Shown here: in pieces, positions 14,417 to 28,303 of the stretch
Layout: every line of letters begins with the position of its first letter
How positions within the stretch are numbered: position 1 is the first letter of the stretch
NCBI GenBank assembly: GCA_951406725.2
Contig: OX597817.1
Location: 73,904,001-73,968,000, forward strand
DNA: 64,000 nucleotides
Direction of reading: 5' to 3'
DNA from: Octopus vulgaris
Taxonomy: Eukaryota
Position numbers and translations under genes: made by a program
Notes under the pieces: model-generated
What the model was told of the DNA's origin: nothing
The model's database searches: none
Seen by the model: only the letters and a program-made list of their open reading frames with translations

Positions 14417-14939
14417 AATAATGAGACCCCATGGTCTATCTAAATGCGTGGCATCTCAGGAAAATGTATACATATAAACGGAAAAGACGCTGCTAATACT
14501 GAGAAACGACTTTAGTAACAGTGGTCAACAAAAGAATTTTCAATAAATAAATATATCAAATCAAGTTAAAAGTTGTGTTTGATTTATCTATGGCAACTAT
14601 AGTATGAACTTACCAATAATTGTTATTACCTTTGTATAAAAGTGTGTGTGTTTGTTTGTGTGTGTGTTTGTGTATGTGTGTAATGGAAGCAATTTATAAT
14701 TTTTTCTCTCATTCAACAGATCAATAGAGCCAACTGTTGGAGTATTCAACAAACAATACTAAAATAATAACAACAGCAACAACATCAACAGCAACAACAA
14801 CAACAATAATGAAACAAACGAAAAAATATCAAAAGCAGTTGTTGATAATTTGTGGCAACTATAGTATGAACTTAGCACCTTTTCATGCTGAAAGTCTGGA
14901 AATAACTATTATTACCTTTGTGAGGTTTGTGTGTGTATG

Positions 14940-15039
<100 letters not shown>

Positions 15040-15954
15040 AGGAAAGAAAGAAAGAAGGAAAGAAAGAAAGAGAGCGCACGCCCGCGTATGTATGTGTGCG
15101 TGTATGTGTGTGTGGGGGGGTGTAACTGAAGCCATTTATAATGGAATATCTGCAGACATCGCAGCTTTAATACCTGGCTACACATGATCATTCGTGGGTA
15201 TCTTAAACATCTCTGCTGGGCATGTTGGTTGAAGGTAGACTTTCTTACAAGCGGAACGTTCCTTTCCACAATTATACTCTCTAATCCTTTCAACTGTTCA
15301 CCGGGACATGGCGCGATGATAGAACATCATCATCTGAACAATGAAGGTGTTAGCCACCTCGGTCCGATTTTTCATCGCAGGGTTTTCTCAGTCTATTTCT
15401 GAGTGATACAGAGTAAGCTGGTCACAAACTTTTCCCAGATTTTATCCTCTTATTCGTCCGGAACGAATCAGACTCCGATTGCTTTAAGCAGCAGACGCCC
15501 TTTTGACTTTCTATGTGCCGATTTGCTTGCCCCACCGACTTGTTACCATCTGGTGCTCCTCCAATATAGTGCCGACCAAACTGACCCCTGATTTTGTCTG
15601 CGCATAAGAAGTGATTCTCCAGCGTGTGTACGAATACAATGATTCTTTACGTCTAATCCTCCGCAACAATGTCACAAGCACCAAAGCAGAATTATGGGCG
15701 TTAAGTTTTGTATTATGTCCCCCTTGTTCACCTCTTTCCACAGTAATTTCTCGACTCACATAACAGGAAGTATTCCCAAAGTACTGGTAGTTGTGGATGA
15801 CATACGTCAAGATATTAACGAACAACTTTGGCATATAACGATACACAACGACCGGAAGAAAACGTCAACGATGCCAGCTGCATTGAAAAAGGTAATTGTA
15901 AAGTGGGGGATAACATACTTGAAATAACTTTTAATTAACAAAATTTATAGTAAT

Positions 15955-16167
15955 GCTCCTTTCTATTATAGGTACAAGGTCTGAAATTTGAGGAGAAGGG
16001 CTCGTCGATTACATGGACCCCAGTGCTTACCTGTTGCTTATTTTCTAGAAAGGATAAAAAGCAAAGTCGACCTTAGCGGCATGTGAACTCAGAACATAAA
16101 GATGGACGAAATGCCACCGCTAAGCATTTTGTCCGGCGTGCTAACGATTCTACCAGCTCGCCGCCTT
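15955..16167 (-). mobile_element. tRNA-derived SINE family A with 13-bp TSD
   Basis: Minus-strand head GGCGGCGAGCTGGTAGAATCGTTAGCACGCCGG...CTGAGTTCACATGCC. TSD aattta(t/c)agtaat at 15942-15954 and 16168-16180. Other copies lie near 23026-23219, 25100-25247, 25363-25577, 26155-26365, 34170-34308, 36510-36665, 36710-36875, 36900-37125, 40146-40714, 52155-52325, 58155-58280 and 63235-63350. Confidence 0.85.
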
Positions 16168-16932
16168 AATTTACAGTAATAGTAGAATGAAAAACCTTCA
16201 TATTAACAATTAATTCTGCTCAAGTAAGGAAGCAACCACTGAGCTTAAGTTAATTAAAATTAATACGAAATAGAAAGCAGTGAGCGTCCATCGGCTCTTT
16301 GGCAGAACGGGGACAGCTGTGAATATATTTCGCTCTTATTACGGCTCATCAGTGAAGTAGAGCAGAGAACCCATCCTGTTGATTTGTCCCGTGCTGAGCT
16401 GAGAAAGGATATATGGTAAGACTCACATAAAATATTGAAATCAGTTTTTCGTCATGCTTAATGATTTCTGTTGAAAGCGTCAAACTAAGTATCGAAGTGT
16501 GAATTGCAAAGATAACCGCTGGGTAATTTCATTCTGGATGTAAAAGTTTGATGAAATAGCGCTAAGCATTTTTTACTGATGCCTAATGATTTTTCCAGTC
16601 AACGACCACTATTAATAGTAATTAAACAAGAACGTCTTCTATCGCTTATCTTTACTTGTTTCAACCATTGGATGCGTTCATGCTGGAGCACCGCCTTGAA
16701 GGGTTTAGGCGAACAAATAAACCCACTACTTTCTTTTTAAGTCTGGTACTTATTCTGGAGGAATTCTTTTGCCGAACCGCCAAGTTACAGGGACATAAAC
16801 AAACCACGCCAGTTGTCAAATTAGTGCAGTGGACAAACACAAACATAAAAATATAAACACATACCTGCCTATATAACAGATACATATATACATACATTCA
16901 TATATATGTGTGCGTGTGCCCGCGCGTGTATA

Positions 16933-16982
<50 letters not shown>

Positions 16983-17069
16983 TCTCTTAAGACTGGTGTG
17001 ACCGCGTGTGTATCGGCGATTCTTTTCCCTCCGTCTTCCCTTCCTTGGATCTTTCCTTTTCCTATGTTT

Positions 17070-17097
17070 CTGACGAAGAGCTCCGCTCGAAACATTA
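17070..17097 (+). ncRNA. Minimal hammerhead-like motif (stem III mutated) in a short repeat at about 16990-17200
   Basis: CTGACGA-agagc-tcc-gctc-GAAACATTA. Confidence 0.55.
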
Positions 17098-18204
17098 AGT
17101 CCTCCTTCTTTCTTTCCTTTCCTGAGCGTCCAATAACACTATACTTATTCCACGTCCACGCGTTGTTGTGTTTTCTCTTTGTGTTTTCAGCCGTTTTCTA
17201 GGTGTCTGATCACTTTGCACAGTGCAGAATACTCGAGGTAACCTTTCATGTTTCTCATCAGTACCTGTGTGTCAAATTCATTCGCAAAACATAGGCCAGC
17301 CCAGGTTGTCTATCGCAGAAGATACCCAAGGTGCCGTGCAGTGGGATTGAACAAGAAAAATTTTTTTCTTAATAATAGGTATATTGGAAAACTGATTCAG
17401 ACAAATAAATTACCAAAGAAAAAAACATGGATTCATACACATAGTGTATAAAGAATAGCATTACAAGCACTACACGTGTATTGCAGAAAGTACTTTGATT
17501 AAAATAAAAAGAAAATTTCAAAACAAACCAAACAAGACGTAAAGCCTTGCTCGATTTTTCAATGTAAGTACAAAATAATGATAAGAAAAAAGTGAAATAA
17601 TAGAAATAAGCTTGATGATGATGATGACGATGATGAGCAAATGCTCGCGTCAGCAGTTGGGGAACAATTTTGAGGATAATGTATTTCTTAGTCGTTGGTT
17701 TGTTGTTCGTTGTAAAACAATTTAAAGAGCATTGGTTGGGGGTAGACAAAAAATGTGTGTATGTGGTGTAAAGTGGAGAGAAAATGAGAAGCCTGGAGTG
17801 TGAGATAGATTGGAATGGGGAGAGAAAAAAGGGGAGGAAGAAAGAGAGAGGGGGTACATGTGTGTGTGAGAGAGAAAGAGAGATATGTGAATCACAGCAA
17901 GAGCAAGGTGGAGGAAATAACATTATGAGATAATTATGGTGATGGGATCTCTTTCCCAGGGTACAGGGAATACGGGAAGCAGTACTTGCCCCTACCCCGC
18001 TCTGCAGACACACATCATAGCTTGCCAAACACAGCAACAATAACATTAACAGACACAGCAACAGCAACAACAGTAATAATAATAACGACAAAAATATCAA
18101 CAATATCATCATTAACAACAACTACAACAACGAGAACTATTAAAAAATCTTGGCAAATACATCAGTAAAACTACAAAAAAATGTCTTTCAAGCCAGTGAT
18201 GAAA

Positions 18205-18390
18205 CATCTACGTGGTCGTTGATCCTACCGGAAATAATAGCTAAATCTCTCAAATTAAATACTACTGTGGTGAGAAATAAATGATGTTAGGTAACATAAT
18301 TTTTCAGTGAAGAACAGAAGCTCCTGAATGGAACGTTTTTGTCACAGGTCTGTTTTATCAGAACTGACCTGGACTAAACAACAAGCAACA
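18205..18390 (+). repeat. Interspersed repeat family E, associated with (AAC)n
   Basis: Consensus-like CTACGTGGTC...CTAGAAATAGCAGCCAAATCTCCCTCAAATCACACC...GGGCTGACCTGGGGCTAAACAACAAC recurs near 19070-19260, 19440-19650(-), 24985-25080, 34700-34860, 34900-35135, 45115-45320(-, tandem duplicate), 49285-49540 and 50480-50540(-). Confidence 0.65.
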
Positions 18391-18416
18391 CTAACACTCA
18401 CAACAACAGCGAGAGT

Positions 18417-18610
18417 GGAGGTGCAATGGCCCAGTGGTTAGGGCAGCGAACTCGCGGTTATAACAACGCGGTTTTGATTCCCAGACAGGGCATTGTGACT
18501 ATTTATTGAGCAAAAACACCTAAGCTCCGCGAGGCTCCGGCGGGGTGGGGTGATGAACCCCGCTATACTCTTTCACCACAACTTTCTCTCACTCTTTCTT
18601 CCTACTTCTG
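18417..18610 (+). mobile_element. tRNA(Arg)-related SINE family B
   Basis: GGTGCAATGGCCCAGTGGTTAGGGCAGCGAACTCGCGG...GGTTTTGATTCCC head, then a non-tRNA body CTCTTTCACCACAACTTTCTCTCACTCTTTC. Confidence 0.8.
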
Positions 18611-18894
18611 CTACAAAACAGAGGAACCATGGTGTAACCCACTATGGTGTGGTAAACTTTCAGACCCTAATCTAGATTGCAAATGCTCTGTACCCCAGGA
18701 TGGTTCACCTCTCCACCCGTTAAAAGCCACCGTTTACGGAATGAGGATAACAACGGAGCTTTCGCGCCCGTGCAACCGCCAGTCTATCGCGTGTGGTGGG
18801 TGGATGTTCAAGTTGCCACATGCATTCTTAGTAGCTTTAGAGTAGGCTCGAATTAGAGATTATTCTTTGTGGCTAATGGCGTGAGTCCTGATTG

Positions 18895-19002
18895 GAAGAA
18901 GAAGAAGAAGAAGAAGAAGAAGAAGAAGAAGAAGAAGAAGAAGAAGAAGAAGAAGAAGAAGAAGAAGAAGAAGAAGAAGAAGAAGAAGAAGAAAAAGAAG
19001 AA
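18895..19002. repeat. (GAA)n microsatellite
   Basis: Trinucleotide array and source of the poly-K/F/S ORFs. Confidence 0.95.
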
Positions 19003-19360
19003 GACAACAGTAAGAACAACAGCAAAGATAGCGGCAACAGCACTAGCAACAACAATGACAACTGAGGGAGCATCTACTGGGTTGCAAGACATTTCAAAAT
19101 TAACAGTCAAATCTCCCTCAAATTATACCCCTATTTTCTTGTGAATGAGAAAAGCACATTCGATAATGTTGTCTGAGATATACTATGTATGGAGAAAAGA
19201 TGAGATGCTCGCTGTTTGAATGTTTTCAGTTACAGATCTATTCGATTAATCCTGAGCTAGAGTTAGACAATACCAATACATGTAATGACAACAGAATTTC
19301 AATAAACCCTGGTGGTGACGATTCTAGAAAGGGCAAGGGACTTAAAGTGAATAACAATGT

Positions 19361-19410
<50 letters not shown>

Positions 19411-20005
19411 CATAAATGTTGTTGTTGCTGTAGTTGTTGATATTGTTTAGTCCAGAGCCTACCCTACCCTTATCAACCAACTCTATGATCAAGCTGGGGT
19501 CCATTTTGTCCTTATCTTTTTCCGACATAGAATATCTCGGACTACGTTATCAAGTGTCTCCTTCTCTGTTCTAAAGATAACAAAGTGTGTGATCTGAGAA
19601 AGATTTACTTGCTATTTCTTGAAGGACGACTGACCACGATGATACATTTCCATTGAACCAAGGCTTCCAGAGTTGCTGATAAAATTTAATTCCAAGTTAA
19701 CTCTGGTCGTAAATACTTGCGATCAAAGGTACTCCAGCTGTAATAATCCTGTAAGTATTTACATCTAAAACCATATTATCTAATGTCGTTCTTGTCTTCT
19801 TAAGAGGATCTGTGATCTGAAGTCGATGTACTGTTTCCAGCTGGGCCCGCATAGGAGCCATAAGTCGACATAAAGCCCCATGATGTGGGTGAATAGTTTC
19901 CATTGATGGTGATCGATGGTTAGTATCCCGTAGGATCTTTCTATTTCACATTTATCCGTGCAAATATATATTTTGTAAAATCCTGCATACTCTAAGTGCT
20001 TAAAG

Positions 20006-20049
<44 letters not shown>

Positions 20050-20050
<1 letters not shown>

Positions 20051-20561
20051 TAGCAGTATCGCCCGACGTTGCTCGGGTTTGTAAGGAAATAACTATATAA
20101 GCATTTTTAGAGAGTTACTTCCTTTATAGATGCCAATTCGGGCTTTCTTAGCCATTTCTGTTTTGGTGTCTTCAAGCCATGAAGTCGTTGTTCTAAAAGA
20201 ACGCTGGTCTCCTTGACAACGCATTACGACGTCGATTTCCTTAAACTCCCTTCCCCACAGCTTCACGAGGGAAGGAAGAAGGGAGAAGCAAACACAGGTA
20301 GGTGTTTGAGTGTGGACGCCAACTCCGCCGCCATCGACACACGAAAAATTATGCATTAAAATGGAATAAAAAATGATGTTAAATTATTTTTAAAATCGTA
20401 GACTCATCGTAGACGCGCGCTAATAGCCAGACGGGCTCGATATTAATCACGACTATAAGATACCCGAATTTGGTTAAACTGCACCGCAAAATGTGGGAGG
20501 AGTTAGGAATCTAAATCGTAGGAGACAGACACTCACACAACTACAGTTTTATATATATAGA
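20050..20561 (-). mobile_element. Non-autonomous Helitron-like element
   Basis: The minus strand begins TCTATATATATAAAACTG and ends CCCGAGCAACGTCGGG hairpin + CGATACTG-CTAG. Same family as 46061-46453. Confidence 0.8.
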
Positions 20562-21028
20562 TATATGTATTTATACATGTATGTATGCATGTATATGTAT
20601 ATACGTGTGTGTGTATGTACAGCTTGACGTTGAGGATTCATTATCCGTTAAATTGTATTAAATGTTTATTGAAATAACATGCAAGTCACTGAACATTCTA
20701 TTGATGAATGCACCCTTAACGAAATTTTCAGTCACAGTCAGCATGACACAGTGTGTAACAAAGCTGAATTTGAATTGCAGGTACTGTCCTTCCGACTGGG
20801 TTCTGTCTTACCCATTTTCCCAAAATCTCACGCAATGGGGTCGAACCTGGTTTTGCTGGTTTCGAAGTGAAATTTCCATGCAGCATCCATAGCGCGTGCA
20901 TATATGCACACACACACACACAACCATACATATGCACACACTTACATATATGTATTTCTATGTATATATATGCATGTATGTGTATACATATGCACTTATA
21001 TATATATAAGTGTGTGTGTATGGATACA

Positions 21029-21106
<78 letters not shown>

Positions 21107-21939
21107 CAAAATTGTACATATTTGGTAATTCACTTTATCTGAAATCGTGCGTTGAAGCTGAAACAATTTGAATCATGGAAAATTCGTGATGGCCATTTAA
21201 AGCACACACGTATTCACACACACACACAAACAAACACATACACACACACACACTCATACACATTTGCACATATATACACACACGCAAGCGCATACACACA
21301 TAGCATTAAATTTACTTCTGTTTTAGTATATAGTATGATAGTATTATAAACTATTAAGTGTCAAAAGAATTCATTCCGTCCTACTTCTACGATTTATGCA
21401 GTGATACTATTTTCACGGCTTCAACTTAGTCAGGCAAACATAAATCAATCTTCGTTGTGTGAGATGTCTTCTAGAACATTCTTGAGAGAATGAGAAAATA
21501 AAATGTACGAAATAAAAATAAAAATAAGTAAATTGAAATGAATGCGGTGTAATAGTTTTAAACAAAGTGAAACGTTACTAATATCAAATATACTGACGAA
21601 TGCTCAAATTTCCTCCTTTGATTTTATTAGTAGCTCTTTATAATGTAATGCGATAAGAGGAGGTGCAAAACTAGTTCAGATCAAAACGTCAATGGATAGT
21701 GGGATGTGGAGGGTTTTTGAAGAGGGATATGTCCAGCAGTAGACTGTTACAATCTAAGAATTGGAGGAAAAAAGAAAAGGAACGGAAGGTGAATGAGAAG
21801 GAAAAGAAAAAGAAGTAGAGGTGAGAGAAGAAACGAGAAAGTAGAAGATGGAGGAGAAGTGGACAGAAGAGGAGGAGAAGAAAAAGACGAGAAAGAATGC
21901 GAAGGGGAAGACGAAAAAGAAACGGAAGGAGAAGAGCAA

Positions 21940-22105
21940 GGAGGAGGAGGAGGAGGAGGAGGAGGAAGAAGAAGAAGAAGAAGAAGAAGAAGAAGAAGAA
22001 GAAGAAGAAGAAGAAGAAGAAGAAGAAGAAGAAGAAGAAGAAGAAGAAGAAGAAGAAGAAGAAGAAGAAGAAGAAGAAGAAGATGACGACGATGATGATG
22101 ATGAC

Positions 22106-22141
<36 letters not shown>

Positions 22142-22142
22142 A
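21940..22142. repeat. Compound (GAG)n(GAA)n(GAT)n microsatellite
   Basis: Consecutive triplet arrays in a purine-rich tract. Confidence 0.95.
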
Positions 22143-22525
22143 GAAAAAAGAAAATGAAGAGACTGAAGAAAAGTAACAAGAGAAGAGGAAGGAGAAAATG
22201 AAAAGAAAAAGTAGAAAAAGAAAAGAAAGGCAAAAGAGAAAAGAAAGAAGTGGAAGATATAAATATGGCTCTCTTCATTCTAAATACGCTAATGCATAGT
22301 TTAATCAATAAGAGTAGTTTTAATCAATTTTTCAATCAAATTTTTTAAATAAAGTAAAAACGAGTTAACTCCATCTTTTGCAAGCCTTTGACCTGTCAAT
22401 CTGATCATAATGGTAACAGTAAAGAAATCACTGTATGTATGTATGTATGTATGTATGTATGTATGTATGTATGTATGTATGTATGTATGTATGTATGTAT
22501 GTATGTATGTATATATATACATATA

Positions 22526-22561
<36 letters not shown>

Positions 22562-22817
22562 TATATACATATATATATACATCGTTAGAGTGTGTGTACA
22601 CATATACATATCGTGTGTGTGTGTGTGTGTGCACGTGTGTGCGCGCGCACGCATGTTCATGTCTACTCTGGACTTGAGTTCACAGTGACAGTAGACGAAG
22701 TAAAATACGTTCAGCAGCACACAGCTGAACTGTGAAGCGTAAAAAATTGTATCAGTAATGTATGTATGTATGTATGTATGTATGTATGTATGTATGTATG
22801 TATGTATGCATGCATGC

Positions 22818-22850
<33 letters not shown>

Positions 22851-22889
22851 TGTATGTATGTATGTATGTATGTATGTATGTATGTACGT

Positions 22890-23825
22890 GTGTGTGTATG
22901 TATGCGAGTATGCATGGATGAATGTCGTTATTTAGTTTTATTTCAAGATTTCTTGCCATTAGAGATAGAACCGGTTTCTGACCTACATCCAAGGTTTCTT
23001 CATTGGAATTTCAACATCAACGGGGGTAACGCAGCGAGCTGGCAGAAACGTGAGCACGCCGGGCGAAATGCTTAGCGGTATTTCGTCCGTCTTTACATTC
23101 TGAGTTCAAGTTCCGCCGAGGTCGACTTTGCCTGTCATCCTTTCGGGATTGATAAATTAAGTACCAGTTGCGTACTGGGGCCGACCTACATTTCGGGCCT
23201 TATGCCTTGAGTAGAAAAGAACATCAACGGGGTATTTTTGTATGTATATGTGCAAATTCGTCTGATTATTTTATGCATATATTTTCATGCATAAAATTGC
23301 ATGTCTAGGCTGACTCATATATAATTAAATGATAAACTGCTGGAAAGTTTTGTAGTTCCAGTGGTAGCTTTGATCTGTAGTCTTCGAATCAGCTTTCTCC
23401 GTTTTGGTTTTGGGAAGCCTAAATTCTCAAGATTGGTATTTGGGCAGTGCGTTGCATATCGATCCCAGTGCCCCAATAATTACAGATATAAACCTAAATT
23501 TGTAATCTGGATAGAGTAGCTGTAGATTCCTCAATAGTTCAGCGTAGGTATTTTCTTTTTCCCTCATCTTCAGCCATATGTTAACATCCGCTGGACATCT
23601 AATTTCCACAACTGTCCACAGTTTCCCTTCTCTGTCCTAAATTACTATGTCTGGTCAATTATGTTTACATTTTATCGAGGTTTTCACTGGGACATTCCAC
23701 CAGTACTACTTTTTATTATGAGTGGCTTGGGCTTCTACCATATTGTAGGTTCTTATTTCTTTGGCTTCGTGGTTATCCTTCCGACAGATCTCATTATACA
23801 GAATCCTAGCTACAGCATCATGACT
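22890..23825 (-). mobile_element. R4/Dong-like LINE 3' fragment (restriction-like endonuclease domain + 3' UTR), interrupted by a SINE
   Basis: The minus strand encodes WNVPVKTSIKCKHN*PDIVI*DREGKLWTVVEIRCPADVNI...KENTYAELLRNLQLLYPDYKFRFISVIIGALG, a PD..(D/E) RLE pattern. Flanked by (TATG)n. Confidence 0.78.
23026..23219 (+). mobile_element. SINE family A nested in the RLE-LINE 3' UTR
   Basis: 13-bp TSD AACATCAACGGGG at 23013-23025 and 23220-23232. Confidence 0.88.
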
Positions 23826-23826
23826 C

Positions 23827-23860
<34 letters not shown>

Positions 23861-24043
23861 TGTATGTATGTATGTACATTAGACTTTACAAACGGGAGGA
23901 AGCGAACTCCGTACGTGATCCGGAACTTTTTAATATAATATTTTGTATATCTGTGTTTCGTATATTTTCATAGACTGAGAATCTACACGAATTATTCAAG
24001 AACGCATGGTTTCGTGCCAAAGCACTTTTCAAAAGTTCTGTGG

Positions 24044-24114
<71 letters not shown>

Positions 24115-24155
24115 ACACACACATATGCATATGTATAATATGTAGATGTATAATA

Positions 24156-24222
<67 letters not shown>

Positions 24223-25263
24223 TGTATGTATGTATGTATGTATGTATGTATGTATGTATGTATGTATGTATGAGTGTGTATGTGTGTCTGTCTATATATA
24301 TTTACATATATTCATACTTGTGTATGTGTATGTATGTGTTCGTATGCAGACACACTGTTAAAGCTATTTTCTGAGGAATTAGCAAATAAAGGAAGATGGA
24401 AGCTGAAAAGTATAGTGTATAAGTCGTGGGGTATTTATGGGGTGTTGATCGGGTGTTCTATGGTTGAAAGTTCTTCAAAGAGAAAACAAAGAGGCAGATA
24501 CCACAAGAAACGATCATAACTCAACCATGACACCATTTGCTCATCGTCATCATCATCATCATCATCATCATCACCACCACCATCACTCTCGTCGTCATCC
24601 TCATCAACATCTTCTTCTTCTTCTTCTTCTTCTTCTTCTTCTTCTTCTTCTTCTTCTTCTTGTCCCAGTCTTTTCGTTCTCGTCTGTACACTATAGACAT
24701 TACCAACTGACGGCAGCGACGGGTGTGTGTTAAGGTAAGGTGATGGTGGTGGTGGGACATACAACGGAGTCGAGGAAGCAAAACAAAATAACAACACAAA
24801 ATAACAAAACAAAAAGAATGAAAGAAAACAGCGCGAACTTTTTATAGTTTCCTCATAATGTGAAGCAAAACACAGAAGTTGTAAGCTGTAAAATAGAACA
24901 ATAAACGAAAATAAACGAATAAACAAACAAGACAATAAAATGCAGAATCTGCTGAATGTAGTACAGCATGTGATAACGAAAGAGCTTCGAGGAGGGTGCA
25001 AGATCGGCTAGAAACAACAACCAAATCTCTCTAAAATCACGTCCAATATGTAAAGAGCAGAGCGTATTGAATACAATATTTCGGAGTTTCTATTCTAGAA
25101 TAATAATTCTTTCTAAGTTTTGGCATAAGGTCCACAGTTCTGTGAGGAACTTAATTTATTGACTCAAAAAAAGAGCGCATAATGACAGGCGGAATGTCGT
25201 AAGCACTTTGTCTGGCGTGCTAACGATTCGGTCAGGTCGCCGCCTTAATAATAATAATAATAA

Positions 25264-25294
<31 letters not shown>

Positions 25295-25297
25295 AAC

Positions 25298-25363
<66 letters not shown>

Positions 25364-25639
25364 CCTTTCTACTAAAGGCAGAAGGCCAGACATTTTTAGA
25401 AAGGAGCTAGTCGATTATATAGACCCCAGTGTTTCACTGGTGCTTATTTTATCGACCTCGAAAGGATGAAAGGGAAAGTCGACCTCGGCAGAATTTGAAC
25501 TCAGAACGTAAAACGGACGAAGTGTTGCCAAACATTTTGCCCGGCGTGCTAACGATTCTACCAGATTGCCGCCTTAATAATAATAATAATGATAATAATA
25601 ATGATAATAATAATAATAATAATAATAGGCGGGATAGGC

Positions 25640-26140
25640 GGGATACAGGACCCACTCCCAGTCCACTGCTTGTCTTCGCGCGAGGTCCTTTCTTTTAAAG
25701 AGGACCTCAATGCTGACAAACTACCTCCCTCTGTATATATGGGCCACATCTATTAAAATTTCTCTGAGTGTCTTCTCAATCTGACTGATGGAATTTATTT
25801 CTGCTTTCCTACTACTGCGTTATACGCATCTACAATAGACTGTCTTCTCTTTTGCCTCTATTATTTTGGGAGGTACAAGCACTACTGCTTTACCCACCTC
25901 AGATTTAATGTTGTCTTTCGCTATTGAGAGTTCACTTGTTTTGTTATCGTATGCGATGGCAAACATTTCTCTCTTGGTGTTCGCTACTTCAGCAAACCTA
26001 TTTTTGCTATTGTTTTTGTTGTTGTAGACGTTGTTATTGTTGTTACTGCTGCTGTTGCTGTTTGCGTCGGGTGAAATAGAATAATAAGGATGACTATGAT
26101 TTCTTTCACTCACCACAAGAGCATCGATCTTGGTACACAT
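25640..26140 (-). pseudogene. Possible decayed LINE ORF1 (L1/Tx1-like) remnant
   Basis: The track ORF 25820..26140 continues past stops as IEKTLREILIDVAHIYRGR*FVSIEVLFK. The resemblance is from recall only. Confidence 0.3.
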
Positions 26141-27013
26141 CTATGTTATAATATGTGTGAGCTGGTAGAATCATTAGTACACCGGGCGAAATGCTTAACC
26201 GTATTTCATCTGTCTTTACGTTCTGAGTTCAAATTCCGCCGAGGTCGACTTTGCCTTTCATCTTTTCGGGGTCGATAAATTAAGTACCAATTACGTACTG
26301 GGATCGATCTAATCGACTAGTGCCCTGCCCCAACATTTCGGGTCTTGTACCTAGCGTAGAAACGAATATGTGTGTGGCTTTACATAAAATGATGGCGGGG
26401 GAGACGGGAGGAGGAAGGAGAGAAATAATAACGATAACCTGATGACCAAGGTTTGAATGCGATCTGAACATAGATCTAATAGTTCAGAGTTAGCTAGGGA
26501 GGGTGTTAAAAAAGCAGCTGGAGGAACATACATATATAATATAATTAACTGAGGAGGGAAGCCATTAAGAATGTTCACTTATTTGTGAAAACATTCACAT
26601 GAATATATATAATAAATATTAAGTGACTCGGTACCACAACATCAACAACACAGCACAAGGACATCATCAATAACAATGACAAGGAAAAGGATTGCAGAAA
26701 TTATAATACTATAACAACTACAAGAACTTTTACAACAAAAAAAATCACCTGCACTGATAGCAATGGAAAGATTAACATTAGCAGCAATGATTAAAATAAA
26801 AAAAAAAAACAACCACTGTTACAACAACAACAACAACAACAACAGCGGCCTACAAGCGCAACGACAACAAAAATAGCAACAATGCAAACAATAATAATAA
26901 CAATAACAGCAACAACGTCACTAATAACATTACCATCAATATACAAAGATACATACCTACGTAAGTATGTATGTATATATGTGTGTATGTAGGTACATAC
27001 CAATGCATGTATG

Positions 27014-27056
<43 letters not shown>

Positions 27057-27085
27057 GTATGTATATATATATATATACATACATT

Positions 27086-27116
<31 letters not shown>

Positions 27117-27134
27117 CGTATGTATATACATACG

Positions 27135-27165
<31 letters not shown>

Positions 27166-27861
27166 ACATACTTACGTATATGTATGCATATATATATATA
27201 TATATACGTATGTATATATATAAATACATACATACACACATACACGCACGCACACACACATATACACACACACACATATATATATAGGTCACTTGACCAT
27301 TAAAAAAGATTCCATGAAGAACAGTCTACTAGTGTGTCACGTCACTCCCGTCTTTTCCTTTTCTTTCTTCTTCTTACTCTTCATTTCCTCCTCCTCCTGC
27401 TCCTGTCCCTCCTCCTCCTTCTTCTTCTTCTTCTTCTTCTTCTTCTTCTTCTTCTTCTGCTTCTTCTTCTTCTTCTTCTTCTTCTTCTTCTCCTCTTTCT
27501 TCTTTTCCAACTTTTTCTTCTTCCTCGACTACTACTGCTTAAACCTTCAAACTTCAGCACCAACATTTCTCTGCACCCATGATAAACATTATTTCTTCAG
27601 ATCTGCTAATACCTACCGAATCTTCACAAAGGAAAAGAAATAGAGACAGAAAAAAGGAAAATGTCCTACTTATTTGAAGACTATTGAAACATTTACAAAA
27701 CATTTCATTTATTTTTTCTTCAATTCAATTGTTTTTCTTATTTTACTCTTAGTCGAAAAAGTCGAAAATACTGGAACCGGTACTAACCTTTACAAAATGT
27801 AATTTATGATAAAAGTATTTTAGCATTTTCTACCTTTGATTATTTTCCTTATATATAAGAT

Positions 27862-27960
27862 AGTTGTTGACGGGGACTCCGGAGTTTCGGCCATCTAAAT
27901 CATCGTCGGAAGACCAACGATGGCTTAGTTGGCGAAAACTTCGAAGTCACTATCACTAAC
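27862..27960. repeat. Imperfect hairpin with hammerhead-like GAAAC/palindromic stem III halves
   Basis: gactccggagtttcggccatctaaatcatcgt / acgatggcttagttggcgaaaacttcgaagtc. Confidence 0.6.
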
Positions 27961-28303
27961 ATTCTTGTATAAAAATTATAATTTGTACGTTACAAAAGTA
28001 TAGAGTGGTCCACCAGATTAATGTATAATTGTTTCTAATGTAACTGAACATGAGAACAAACGTCAATATATATATATATATTAATGTTTGTTTTCATATA
28101 TATTACAAAACAAGAAAATGGAAATTTGGGGTATTAGTTATTCTCCATTACACCTGTTTCATTTGCTAATGAGAATTAAAAAGATTAACATGTTATATAG
28201 GCATATAAGTACATATATGTGTGTATGTGTGTGTGTGTGTCTATGATTGATCGCTATCCACTAAAGCTTTTTTTATTCTCTCCCTAATTATTTAATCGTG
28301 TTC

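Noticed and set aside
15140-15927. Higher-complexity stretch with several 60-110 aa ORFs
   Set aside because: Probably a decayed retroelement, but no motif I can support in any frame.
18417-18490. tRNA-Arg-like genes here and at 36425-36497 and 48400-48474
   Set aside because: Acceptor stems do not close properly and each continues into a shared non-tRNA body, so they are SINE heads.
21848-22201. K/E/D-rich ORF resembling an acidic nuclear protein
   Set aside because: Compound triplet microsatellite in a purine tract with no splice or domain evidence.
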